Shown: positions 46,376 to 56,082 of the stretch, in pieces
Position numbering within the stretch: position 1 is the first letter of the stretch
Layout: each line of letters begins with the position of its first letter
Assembly (NCBI GenBank): GCA_026985075.1
Contig: JALSQX010000071.1
Location: forward strand, 10,601 to 74,600
Direction: 5' to 3'
Origin: Blastocatellia bacterium
GTDB taxonomy: Bacteria; Acidobacteriota; Blastocatellia; HR10; J050
Length of the DNA stretch: 64,000 bases
The notes under the pieces: generated by a model
Database searches by the model: none
Told to the model about the DNA's origin: nothing
What the model saw: the letters and a program-made list of their open reading frames with translations, nothing else
Translations under genes and position numbers: made by a program

Positions 46376-49236
46376 ATGAGGCGATGGAGGAGCGTGCTGC
46401 TCATCTGTGGTGGGATTCTGGTCATTGGGGTGATGTGGTTGGCAGGGAGCGGGTGGGGGGCGTCTGGGGCGGCGGTGCAGTTTGTGCTGCGGGAGGAGAT
46501 TCGGGGGCCGTACTGGACGGTGGATGAGGGGTTCCAGGCCCGGCTGATGTTGAGCAACACGACGGATGAGCCGATACGGGTCTATCCGGAGGTGTATGCG
46601 GCGACTGGGGAGGGGGTAGTGTTGCCCTGGTTGGCGTTGCGGGAGCACGAGCGGCGGGAGGTGGATCTGGGGGCGTGGCTCAGCGAGCAGGGGGTGGAGT
46701 TCACCTCGGGGAGTTTGCGGTTGCGGCACACGGGAGGGTTTTATGCGCTGGCCGCGCAGGTGACCCTTGTCAACACGGCGAGGAGCTGGTCGTTCGATCT
46801 GCCGGTGGAGCCGCCGGGGCTGTTTCATCGGTCGCGGGTGCTGGAGGGGGTGTGGTGGGTGCCGGGTGACGGCGGTGAGGCGCGGCTGGTGGTGAGCAAC
46901 ACGCTGGAGGCGCGGCTGCCGGTGGAGGTGACGGCGCCGACGCCCTGGGTGCAGATCACCAGCACGACGGTTGATCCTCCGTTCGATCTGGATCCGGCGG
47001 CGATGGGGGAGACCGTGCCGCTGCGCGTCCGAGTGCATCACTCGGCAGGGATGTCGGGGCAGGCGGTCACCGTGTCGATTCGGCGGGTGGAGCCGGCGCT
47101 GGACAGTTGTCTTGTCACAGCGCCTCTCGGCGGCGAGCCCGAGGCTCAGCAGACCCGGGTCATTGCGTCCACTCAGACGGGCGAGAGGGACCTGGAGTTC
47201 GCGTTCGACGTGGTGGTGGGGCTGGACTCCTGTGACGGGCTGGTGAGGTATCAAGCCATGGTCTCTGGTGCCGTGGAGGTGACCGTGCGGCCGCCAGTAC
47301 AAGATGAGGCACTGTTTCAGGTCGAGCGAGCCAAGTTGCAGATCAAGGAGACGAGTTTTCCGGCGCAGAGTGTCGCCCCGGGCGAGACGGTTCAACTGAC
47401 CGTGCGCGTACATCATTCCGCGGGGGTACATGAGTTGGTCGGCGTGCGCATTGCGCGTGCCGATGCCGATGCCTGTGTGCTGACCACGCCATTGGAGGCC
47501 ACGCAACAGCAGGCCATCGATGTCGTAGGGTCAGGCGATCTGCTGTTTGTCTTCGACATCACCGTGGGGGTGGACACCTGTCAGGGGAATTTCATCTATG
47601 CCGCCGAGTTGCTTCCCTTGCCGGGACATGTGGTTTACCTCAGGCCGGCGGAACCGGACGATGGGGAAGGGGGGTGTGCTGTTTTACGGAGTATATGGAT
47701 TGAGAGCGCGGAGTTTCTGCCTCCCGGCCGAGAGCCGGGGCAATCATCGGCGCTGACCGTCGTCGTCCGCAGTGATCCGGGCGTGCCGTTGGGTACGGCG
47801 ATAACGGTACGGGTGGAGATGCGTTCTACGCAGCCGGCGGCGGGATGTCCGGTGGTGGTGAGGCCGACGGTGGCCGAACTCTCCCATGTCCTCAATCCCG
47901 GGGATGGCACCGGGGGGAGCACCACATACGTGTTCACCATCACCGTGGACTCGGGATCGTGTGCCGGGACGGTGACCTATCATGCCAGCATCACCACTGC
48001 ATCGAGCGAGTCCTTCACGGTAGTCGAGACGCCGCATCAGGACGCGACCCTCACCGTCTCGGCGGCGGCCTCGGGGGAGTTGCGGCTGTTTCTTGATGTG
48101 GAGGATAATTTCGATGTGAGCCGGCCGCGGAGCGATATTGACGAGTATCTGCCGGGGGCGAAGCTGGACGGCAGGAGTGTGAGTTTGCCGCAGAGGGTGA
48201 AGCTGATTGCCGCGTTTGTGGACTCCAGCACGGGCGCCATCGTGGCGCCGCCGAGCGGGGTCGATCAAGTGAGCTTCGCGCTGCAGGGGACGTCGGCGTT
48301 CAAGGGGATAGCGATGAACTCTGGGAGTGAGACGACGGCGGATTTCAGTCTGTCAGCCACCACGGCTTCATTCTCGGCAGATCACACGGCGCGGGTGGAC
48401 TTGGTGTGTCACGATTATGGGGGATTCACGACGGTGCGGGCGAGTGCGGGAGGGCAGACGGTCGAGATGCGCGTGCCGAAAGATGACAACGGCAACTGGT
48501 TGCCGGATGGGGTGTGGAGGGTGATCGCGAATGGACGGGTGATCGGCGAAATCATGGATACAGGTTTGGCGACCGATGCGGACGAGGATGTGAATCCGAT
48601 GGGGAACGGGGTAGATGGGGATGGGTTGGTGAATTTCGAGGAGTTTCGTGGCTTCATGGTGCGGGGGGAGCACCGGAGAACGAATCCTTTCCAGAAAGAT
48701 TTGTTTATCTCTAGTGACTTGCCTCAGAACATTGGGGATGTCATCAACCTTCCTGTGACGAAGCATTGGATTTTCAAAATCAGATGGATGCGAACAGGAT
48801 CATTAACTTCAATCGTTCGAATTCCGGATTCGGAGGCTCGATTCCAACGATCTTTGATCAACATGCATTGATGGTAATTGATATGGGTCGTGGCCCAGGG
48901 GGTATATTTGGTCAGGTCACTGCTGTAGGATCCCCAAACGTGCAGACAGGGCCGATAGAGATTTATACTCTATATATCCGGTTCGCCAGTCCTCCGCATA
49001 ATGATTTCATCAACGAGGATCCTTTTGATGATGAGAAGACGCGGCAGACGATCGGACACGAAGTGGGACATGGAGTGAACATTGTCCATCGCTTCCCCAG
49101 CCAATACCCACCAGGACCATTATCAGTGATGGTCACCGGATATTTCATGGTCACCAGCAACATCAATGATCCGGCGTGGAACAATATTCCACATAACTAC
49201 GATGCAACTGATGAACAACAAATTCGAGTGAGGTGA
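46376..49236 (+). pseudogene. Large secreted Ig-like repeat protein with C-terminal metzincin domain; frameshift at 48771-48774
   Basis: Signal peptide, three Cys-pair Ig-like repeats, DGDGLVNFEEFRGF; one extra T joins it to ...HEVGHGVNIVH...SVM. Confidence 0.75.
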
Positions 49237-49246
49237 AGACTTATGA
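48922..49246 (+). repeat. ~325-bp direct repeat, copy 1
   Basis: Near-identical to 50408-50732 (two mismatches seen). Confidence 0.95.
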
Positions 49247-50145
49247 CACAGCCAACGTGCATACTTCTGGTTAGTTTAGCAATTGGCGGTATTTTTTTGC
49301 CGCAAGATGAGCATCTTTATTCTTTTGTTCGCGTAGGCGAGAGCTACGGGACAACATATACTCCGCCACCAGCCGAGGGAGCCTACTTCGTATTTTTCCA
49401 AGGTGAACCCATCACGGTTCGATTGGATATTCTCAATGAAGGCTCCAAAAAGGCGATGGTCGTTGCAAATGAGCTGAGACCCGAGGAAGCTTTCCGGATG
49501 ACGGTCCTAAAAGCTCCCACGCCGGAAGTGAAAGGTCGCCTTGGTATTGAAGTTTCTCCCTCCGTCAAACTGATACTTCCAAAGACCGCCATTTCGGCTG
49601 AGTGGTCGGAGCGAATCGAGTTGCCCCCGCGGTCCAGACTGTATTTCGAGGCGAGGGTGACAAGTGAACAAGAGGCCTTACCACCAGGCATCTACCACTT
49701 GAAGTTTCGATGCCGACTGAAGAGTGCATCGGGAAAGGAGATTCCGGCGCACAGCGAGATTTTTCAATTCGAGATCAGAGCGGTCGAGACGTTCGAGGAT
49801 CGCCTCGAAGTTCTCAGGAGGCAGGCGGCGCGGCTCTCTACCAGGGGTGAATATGAAGAAGCCGAGAAGAAGCTGGATGAATTACTGTTATTATACCCGA
49901 ACAGTTCTCATAGTTACATAGAGAAAGGCAACATGGCCATGGTTCAGGGGAAAAAAGACGAGGCAGCCAAGGCGTACCAAAGAGCCCTTGATCTCCTTCA
50001 ATCGAGGATGGACACGATTTATTTGTCCTATGCTCATGATGTATCGATCGAACATACTATTGGTTTTCTTCTGGCGACGCTTCGATCTCTTCAAGGTGAG
50101 CTTGAGGGTGAGAGCCACCGCAAAGGGCACAGGGAGCCACGGTAG
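49243..50145 (+). CDS. Exported TPR-containing protein (partner/immunity-like) 1
   Basis: Hydrophobic N-terminus, beta domain, then GEYEEA...YP...KG...GKKDEA..AY..AL TPRs. Confidence 0.8.
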   Translation: MTQPTCILLVSLAIGGIFLPQDEHLYSFVRVGESYGTTYTPPPAEGAYFVFFQGEPITVRLDILNEGSKKAMVVANELRPEEAFRMTVLKAPTPEVKGRLGIEVSPSVKLILPKTAISAEWSERIELPPRSRLYFEARVTSEQEALPPGIYHLKFRCRLKSASGKEIPAHSEIFQFEIRAVETFEDRLEVLRRQAARLSTRGEYEEAEKKLDELLLLYPNSSHSYIEKGNMAMVQGKKDEAAKAYQRALDLLQSRMDTIYLSYAHDVSIEHTIGFLLATLRSLQGELEGESHRKGHREPR

Positions 50146-50231
50146 ATATCACAATGGTTTGCCTGTTAATCAAAATGGGACCCGCAATGAGAGCCAAGAG
50201 GGATGCTGGTTCCGTTGTGTATCAAGTCAGC

Positions 50232-50722
50232 ATGAGGAGAGTGACGCGAAGAACAGGTCGGTTGTTGGGCATTCTGATCCTGAGTGGGTCCATCCTGGTC
50301 TCCCTTCAACTCCATGGGATTCACGCTCAATCCTCGACCTACACGGTCACGTCCGTAGTTCAGGTGGGAGCCCTGCCGCCGGGTGAGGAGGGTGGTGCGG
50401 CTTCAGCGCTGTAGGATCCCCAAACGTGCAGACAGGGCCGATAGAGATTTATACTCTATATATCCGGTTCGCCAGTCCTCCGCATAATGATTTCATCAAC
50501 GAGGATCCTTTTGATGATGAGAAGACGCGGCAGACGATCGGACACGAAGTGGGACATGGAGTGAACATTGTCCATCGCTTCCCCAGCCAATACCCACCAG
50601 GACCATTATCAGTGATGGTCACCGGATATTTCATGGTCACCAGCAACATCAATGATCCGGCGTGGAACAATATTCCACATAACTACGATGCAACTGATGA
50701 ACAACAAATTCAAGTGAGGTGA
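50232..50722 (+). pseudogene. Signal-peptide fragment fused out of frame to an orphan metzincin C-terminus
   Basis: MRRVTRRTGRLLGILILSG...HAQ joined at 50408 to repeat copy 2; stop at 50414. Confidence 0.7.
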
Positions 50723-50732
50723 GGACTTATGA
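50408..50732 (+). repeat. ~325-bp direct repeat, copy 2
   Basis: Offset 1486 bp from copy 1. Confidence 0.95.
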
Positions 50733-51598
50733 TACAACAAATGTGTATGCTTTTAGCTTGCCTGGTGATTGGCTCTCCCTTTTCACTGCAATTCGGATAT
50801 GAGCATATTTCCCTCTTCGTGCGGGTGGGAGAACACTTCGGAACAGTGTATACTCCGCCACCGACAGGGGGAGCTGATTTCGTCATTTTCCAAGGCGAGC
50901 CAATCAAGATCGAACTAGAGATTTTCAATGAAGGCTCTAAGGAGGCAGTGGTTGTTACTCGTGGGATAGCGCCAAAAGATGCTTTTCACATGGTGGTAGT
51001 AGAAGCCCCAATGTCTAAGGTGAAGCCCCAACTCAGCCTGGAAGTTTCTCCCTCCGTCAAGTTGAGGCTCACAAATGCAGAAATATTGGCTCACTGGTCC
51101 GAGCAAATCGTCTTGCCTCCCCAGTCAGGACTCAAGTTCGAGGCAGTCGTGGTGAGCGGATTGGAACGCTTGCCGACCGGGATCTACAAGTTGAAGTTCC
51201 GTTCGCTTCTTAAGAGTGCTTCAGGAAAAGACATCCCAGCAAACAACGATACATTCACATTCGAGATCAGAGCGGTAGAGACGTTTGAAGATAGATTGGA
51301 GGTGCTCGGAAGGCAGGCGATGCGCCTTTTTGTGAGAGAGAAATACCAGGAGGCGGAGAAGAAGCTGAATGAGGTGCTTCTGTTATATCCGAACAGTTCG
51401 GGCAGTTACACAATGAAAGGGCACATAGCCATGGCTTTGGGAAAAAAAGATGAAGCAATTAAGGCCTATAGAAAAGCGCTCGATTTACTTCAGTCAAAAA
51501 TGGATACACTGTACTTATCCCATGCGAGCAGCGTATCAGTAGAGCACAGCATTGGTTTTCTTTTGGCGACGTTGAGCGCACTGCAAAAATCCCGATAA
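50729..51598 (+). CDS. Exported TPR-containing protein (partner/immunity-like) 2
   Basis: Clear but diverged paralog of 49243-50145 (FVRVGE, FQGEPI, FEIRAVETFEDRLEVL). Confidence 0.85.
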   Translation: MIQQMCMLLACLVIGSPFSLQFGYEHISLFVRVGEHFGTVYTPPPTGGADFVIFQGEPIKIELEIFNEGSKEAVVVTRGIAPKDAFHMVVVEAPMSKVKPQLSLEVSPSVKLRLTNAEILAHWSEQIVLPPQSGLKFEAVVVSGLERLPTGIYKLKFRSLLKSASGKDIPANNDTFTFEIRAVETFEDRLEVLGRQAMRLFVREKYQEAEKKLNEVLLLYPNSSGSYTMKGHIAMALGKKDEAIKAYRKALDLLQSKMDTLYLSHASSVSVEHSIGFLLATLSALQKSR

Positions 51599-52209
51599 AG
51601 TGCGCAGCCGAGGGTACCACCGATATGGGGAGATAGAGCCCTTATACCAGAATGCCGATGGGAGTATGCCTCAAGGAGTGCTGGGGCGGACGATACCGGT
51701 GGTGGGGGGCCCAATCAGGTGACCACGATTCAGACCTCCGTGGATCAGATCACACCGAACGAAGGGAGAGGCGATGCCCTTGACGTTCAAGCGCGGCATT
51801 CAACGGCTTGGATTCCATCACGCTGAGCAACAGGAGAGCGGCGCCCCGCCTAAGAACATCATCTTGGGAAGCCGACGCTGACCATGTCCGCGGCTCAGCT
51901 TGATTCTTGCTGCCAGCATGAGCTGGCACGAGATTCCAGCGGAATGGTATCGTCATGAGTTCGGACCGGTTCCTGCTGGCCAGCACGAGCTATTCCCTTC
52001 GATCAGACTGAGTTTCCCGTGAGAGAGGTTTTTCCTCGACTCGTGAGGCTCGGTGGATTGGGCACACTCCTCCCGCAGGTGAAGGCTGCAACGGGCTCCG
52101 TCATGCTCTCACGCGCAGATATTGCATGCATCCGGTTGATTGGCAAGCTGACTCGGGCCCCGTTGTGCTCTCACCGTGGTGGGAGTAATATCCTCGCTTT
52201 TCAAATTCG

Positions 52210-52238
52210 TTGACGGGCCATTTCGCTTTTGGTAAACT
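52210..52238 (+). promoter_or_regulatory. sigma70 promoter
   Basis: TTGACG-17-TAAACT with extended TG. Confidence 0.65.
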
Positions 52239-52290
52239 AACGACAGACGAGTCACAACTTTTTGGAATGTAGCTGGAAAGGAGGGTTGTT

Positions 52291-52470
52291 ATGAAGAGAT
52301 TCATGATGGGATTAGTTCTTACGATGGCGCCGGTCATCTTATTGCTCTCGACGTTGGCCGCTTTGCCCGACCTTTGTCTCATTCTTTTCCTGATCTTTCC
52401 TCCGCTGGTCCTGATTTGTCTTCTGCCAGTGGCCGGATTGCTTCCGCTTGATTTTCAGACCTTCCTGTGA
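52291..52470 (+). CDS. Small hydrophobic protein (59 aa)
   Basis: RBS AAGGAGG; MKRFMMGLVLTMAPVILLLSTLAALPDLCLILFLIFPPLVLICLLPVAGLLPLDFQTFL. Confidence 0.6.
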   Translation: MKRFMMGLVLTMAPVILLLSTLAALPDLCLILFLIFPPLVLICLLPVAGLLPLDFQTFL

Positions 52471-52605
52471 TGACCCAAGCCCGAACAGGCTTGGTAGAGA
52501 CGAAGGCCGAAATGGGTTAACCGAAGGATAACCTCTCGCTGTTGGTTGAGCGTACCGTGAGATCAACAGCCGATTAGCCATAGACTGAGGAGGCTTCACA
52601 CGGCT

Positions 52606-54000
52606 ATGCTGAGAAAAATCGCCTGTCCGGCCGTCGGGATGTTAGCGTGGTTTTTTATTCAGGTCGCTCCAACACCCGCGCAATTGGATCTCGCTTCGCC
52701 TCTCGTCCTTCAATCTCCCAACGCCCAGGTGGGATTCGGATTCGGCCTGGCCAGTGGCGATATCAATGGAGACGGCTATGGCGATGTCGTCGTCGGCTCG
52801 GTCCTCTCCTCGGTGAACAATATGAAGAATGCTGGACGCGTCTTCGTTTTCTTCGGCGGGCCAGCCCCGGATAGCGCGCCCGATCTCGTGCTCCAATCGC
52901 CGCAACCGGAAGCCGAAGCGCGATTCGGCTGGAGCATTGCCGTGGGCGATATCAATGGGGATGGTTACGGCGACGTTGTGGTGAGCGCGCTCCTCGCCCA
53001 AGGCGGTGCCAGAAGTGGAAGAGGGGCGGCCTATGTCTTTTTCGGCGGACCCGAGCCGGATGCACAGGCCGACGTCACGCTGGCGAGGCCGGCTGACTTG
53101 AACGCCAATGCGCGATATGGCTGGGCGCTGACCACAGGGGATCTCAACGGCGACGGACTGGATGAGGTCATCGTCGGTGGGCAGAATGTTCGCGTATTGG
53201 GAACCGAGGGGGCGGGCCAAGTGTTTGTCTACTTCGGCAGTCGATCGTTTCAGGGAGCGTTGGGGATGACCTTGATCTCGCCCCGTGTGGAACGGGCCGG
53301 TGAGTTTGGCAACGCCGTGATCAGCGCCGATTTCAACGGCGATGGCTATGACGATGTGGCCGTAGCTGCAACCGGTCAGTCCGTTGGGAATGCAGCTAAT
53401 GCTGGTCAGGTTTTTCTCTTCTTCGGCAGTCCAGCATTCGATGCCACGAGCGACCTCGCTCTCCAGCAGCCTTCCCCCACGCGCACCGCGCGTTTTGGCT
53501 TCGCCCTGGCGGCCGGCGATATCAATGGAGATGGGTTCCAGGACGTGATCGTGGGTGTCACCAAACCTCCACGCAATCCGCTGGGACGGACCAATCAGGG
53601 GGAGGTACACGTTTTCCCGGGAGGAGAACAGATGAGCGCGACGGCGGCGTTCATCTGCTCTCAACCCTCAGTCGATGGGTTTGGATCGGCGCTCGCTTCT
53701 GGCGACGTGAATCGCGACCAGCGAGACGACGTGATCGTTGGCGTGCCGACGCCCGATCTGCGGGCCAATAGTCCGGGCATTGCCCTGATTTTCTTCGGCG
53801 GTGCCGCTCTGGATTGTGCCTCTGATCTCACGCTGGAATCTCCCGAGCCGGCATCGGGGGATCAATTCGGATCGATCATCGCCACCGGTGATGTGAACGG
53901 TGATGGCCGACTCGATGTCATCATCGGAGCTCCTCACCCACCATCGATTCTGGGGGGCGGCGGAGCTCCGGGCAGGGTATTCATCTACTTTGGTCAGTGA
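52606..54000 (+). CDS. FG-GAP (integrin-alpha-like) repeat protein
   Basis: Seven FG..A.GDxNGDGxxDVIVG...G.V.VFFG repeats; signal peptide. Confidence 0.93.
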   Translation: MLRKIACPAVGMLAWFFIQVAPTPAQLDLASPLVLQSPNAQVGFGFGLASGDINGDGYGDVVVGSVLSSVNNMKNAGRVFVFFGGPAPDSAPDLVLQSPQPEAEARFGWSIAVGDINGDGYGDVVVSALLAQGGARSGRGAAYVFFGGPEPDAQADVTLARPADLNANARYGWALTTGDLNGDGLDEVIVGGQNVRVLGTEGAGQVFVYFGSRSFQGALGMTLISPRVERAGEFGNAVISADFNGDGYDDVAVAATGQSVGNAANAGQVFLFFGSPAFDATSDLALQQPSPTRTARFGFALAAGDINGDGFQDVIVGVTKPPRNPLGRTNQGEVHVFPGGEQMSATAAFICSQPSVDGFGSALASGDVNRDQRDDVIVGVPTPDLRANSPGIALIFFGGAALDCASDLTLESPEPASGDQFGSIIATGDVNGDGRLDVIIGAPHPPSILGGGGAPGRVFIYFGQ

Positions 54001-54026
54001 TGGGAATCGAGTTGCCGTTGCACCCC

Positions 54027-55016
54027 TCAAGCTAAAGACAACATGCGCTCGATGGCTCGCCGAGCCCGCCGGGCGATCTCCTCGGGCACGCGCACTTCGT
54101 GGACCATGTCCTCGAGAGAAGTGAGCACCTTCTCCAGAGTGATCATCTTCATGTATTGACACACGGCCTCGGGGTCCACGGGGATGAACCGCTTATCGGG
54201 ATTCTCCTTTTTCAGCCGATGAAGGATGCCCACTTCGGTGGCCACGATGAACTCCCTGGCCGATGACTGGCGAGCATGCTTGATCATCCCGCCAGTGGAC
54301 AGAATATGGGTTCCATTTGATGGGATGTCCCCATCGGCAATATAGTACATGCACGAGGTGACGCATCCGCATTCCGGATGGATGAGGAACTCGGCGGCGG
54401 GGTACCGCTGCCGAATGGCTTTGATGTCAGCCGGAAGAATACCCGCGTGAACGTGACACTCTCCCATCCACAAGTGAAGCTTTCTGCCAGTGATCTTCTG
54501 GACATAGGCGCCAAGGTACATATCGGGAAGGAAGAGGATCTCCCGATCTTCGGGGATCGACCGAACGACGTTCACGGCGTTACTCGATGTGCAACAATAG
54601 TCGGCTTCTGCCTTCACTTCGGCTGACGTGTTGACGTACGCCACGACCACCGCTTCGGGATGCTGAGACTTCCAGCGCCGAAGCTGCTCGGCGGTCACCG
54701 TCTCGGAGAGCGAGCATCCGGCGTGAGGATCGGGGATGAGGACCTTCTTGTCGGGACAGAGAATGGCCGCCGTCTCGGCCATGAAGTGGACGCCACAGAA
54801 GACGATGACGTCGGCCTCGGTCCTCGCCGCGGCCTGAGAGAGTCCCAGCGAATCGCCGACGAAATCGGCCAAATCCTGAATGGGGCCGATTTGATAGTTG
54901 TGCGCCAGAATGACGGCATTTCGCTTTCTTTTGAGATCGAGGATGCGCTCGACGAGTTTCGCCTGATCAGACCCGTTTCTCTTTCGGGATTCGGATGATG
55001 TATTGAGCATATCCAT
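54027..55016 (-). CDS. nadA: Quinolinate synthase A
   Basis: ILAHNYQ, GDSL, FCGVHFMAETA, AGCSL, YVNTSA, CTSSNA, HPEC, MKMITL. Confidence 0.97.
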   Translation of the reverse strand: MDMLNTSSESRKRNGSDQAKLVERILDLKRKRNAVILAHNYQIGPIQDLADFVGDSLGLSQAAARTEADVIVFCGVHFMAETAAILCPDKKVLIPDPHAGCSLSETVTAEQLRRWKSQHPEAVVVAYVNTSAEVKAEADYCCTSSNAVNVVRSIPEDREILFLPDMYLGAYVQKITGRKLHLWMGECHVHAGILPADIKAIRQRYPAAEFLIHPECGCVTSCMYYIADGDIPSNGTHILSTGGMIKHARQSSAREFIVATEVGILHRLKKENPDKRFIPVDPEAVCQYMKMITLEKVLTSLEDMVHEVRVPEEIARRARRAIERMLSLA

Positions 55017-55534
55017 TACTCCACTAAATAACCGCGGAGCTTCAGTGCCTGGCGAGCCTTTTCCAGTAGATCTTCTCTGGGCGCTTCGATCGTATGAAGA
55101 TGAACGCCCCCGGTCAACTCACAAAGGAGCTCCGCGCCGGTATGATTTATTTTCTCGATGAATTCGCTCACATCCTGACGTGACTGGATCATCAACGGAC
55201 GCCGGATCTCACCATAGATCGGATGTTCGATGACCACGTCGATGACTTTGACGCCCAGATCAACGAGGAGTTGAAGTTCATCTTCGCACTGATCCTTCGT
55301 GTGCTTGGACGCAATGACCGACTGGAATCGCTGCTCTCCGGGAGCCCGCCAGAGCACATAGCCTCGAGGCGTTGATATGACCGGTTGGCCCGAGGCGCGG
55401 AGCACGGCGATATCCTGAACGATGATTTGTCGGCTCACTCTCAGGCGACGGGCCAGACTGGCTCCCGAGATTGGTCGATTCCGTTGTTGCAGAATTCGGA
55501 GAAGGCGCTTCCGTCGACGCTCAGTCCGTTCCAT
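55016..55534 (-). CDS. niaR: Niacin-responsive repressor (HTH_11 + 3H)
   Basis: VSRQIIVQDIAVLRA, STPRGY, EHPIYGEI, GVHLH; upstream of nadA. Confidence 0.92.
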   Translation of the reverse strand: MERTERRRKRLLRILQQRNRPISGASLARRLRVSRQIIVQDIAVLRASGQPVISTPRGYVLWRAPGEQRFQSVIASKHTKDQCEDELQLLVDLGVKVIDVVIEHPIYGEIRRPLMIQSRQDVSEFIEKINHTGAELLCELTGGVHLHTIEAPREDLLEKARQALKLRGYLVE

Positions 55535-55562
55535 TACACCTCTTTATATCACTCGGAGAATC

Positions 55563-55582
55563 GTCTTGTCAACTGTCAAGAC
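55563..55582. promoter_or_regulatory. Candidate NiaR operator overlapping the -35
   Basis: GTCTTGTCA-AC-TGTCAAGAC imperfect palindrome containing minus-strand TTGACA. Confidence 0.6.
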
Positions 55583-56082
55583 AGAAGTTCGATGAGAGAC
55601 GACGGGCGTCCGAACTGGATACCATGAGGGCTCGGCCAACGCTCCAGGAGGTGATCTCTTCTCGGTGAATCTCCGAAACAGTGGATCTTTGAGAAGGGAG
55701 GTGTTCCCGCAGCGTCTCAATGATGTATCCCATGGTGTGGTCAGAGTGGCCAGCAACCGCATCGGAGAGTGAATCGTCCGGGCTCTTCATCGCGCGGAGT
55801 GTCCTGTTGCATGGCAGCCGGGGCTCTGGTCTTCGGGAGATGGCGACGCTCGACTCATTTGCCGAATGCCGGGACTGGTCGTCACGGACAGCTTCCCGTG
55901 AAGGATTGAAGGCCCGATGTTCAGTTTTGACTTGACGTCTTGCCCTTGAAAAAGAAACGGGGACGCCGCATAATAGGAGGGTATACGAGCGAAAAGGGCT
56001 AGAGAGCGCGAGGACAAGGACCATTGCCTGGGGGGTGGGGCCCTTCGTCAGCATGGCGACCATGGAATAGGAGATCTCACAT

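Noticed and set aside
48922-50732. Diversity-generating retroelement TR/VR pair
   Set aside because: Only about two mismatches, no adenine-specific variation pattern, and no reverse transcriptase in the window
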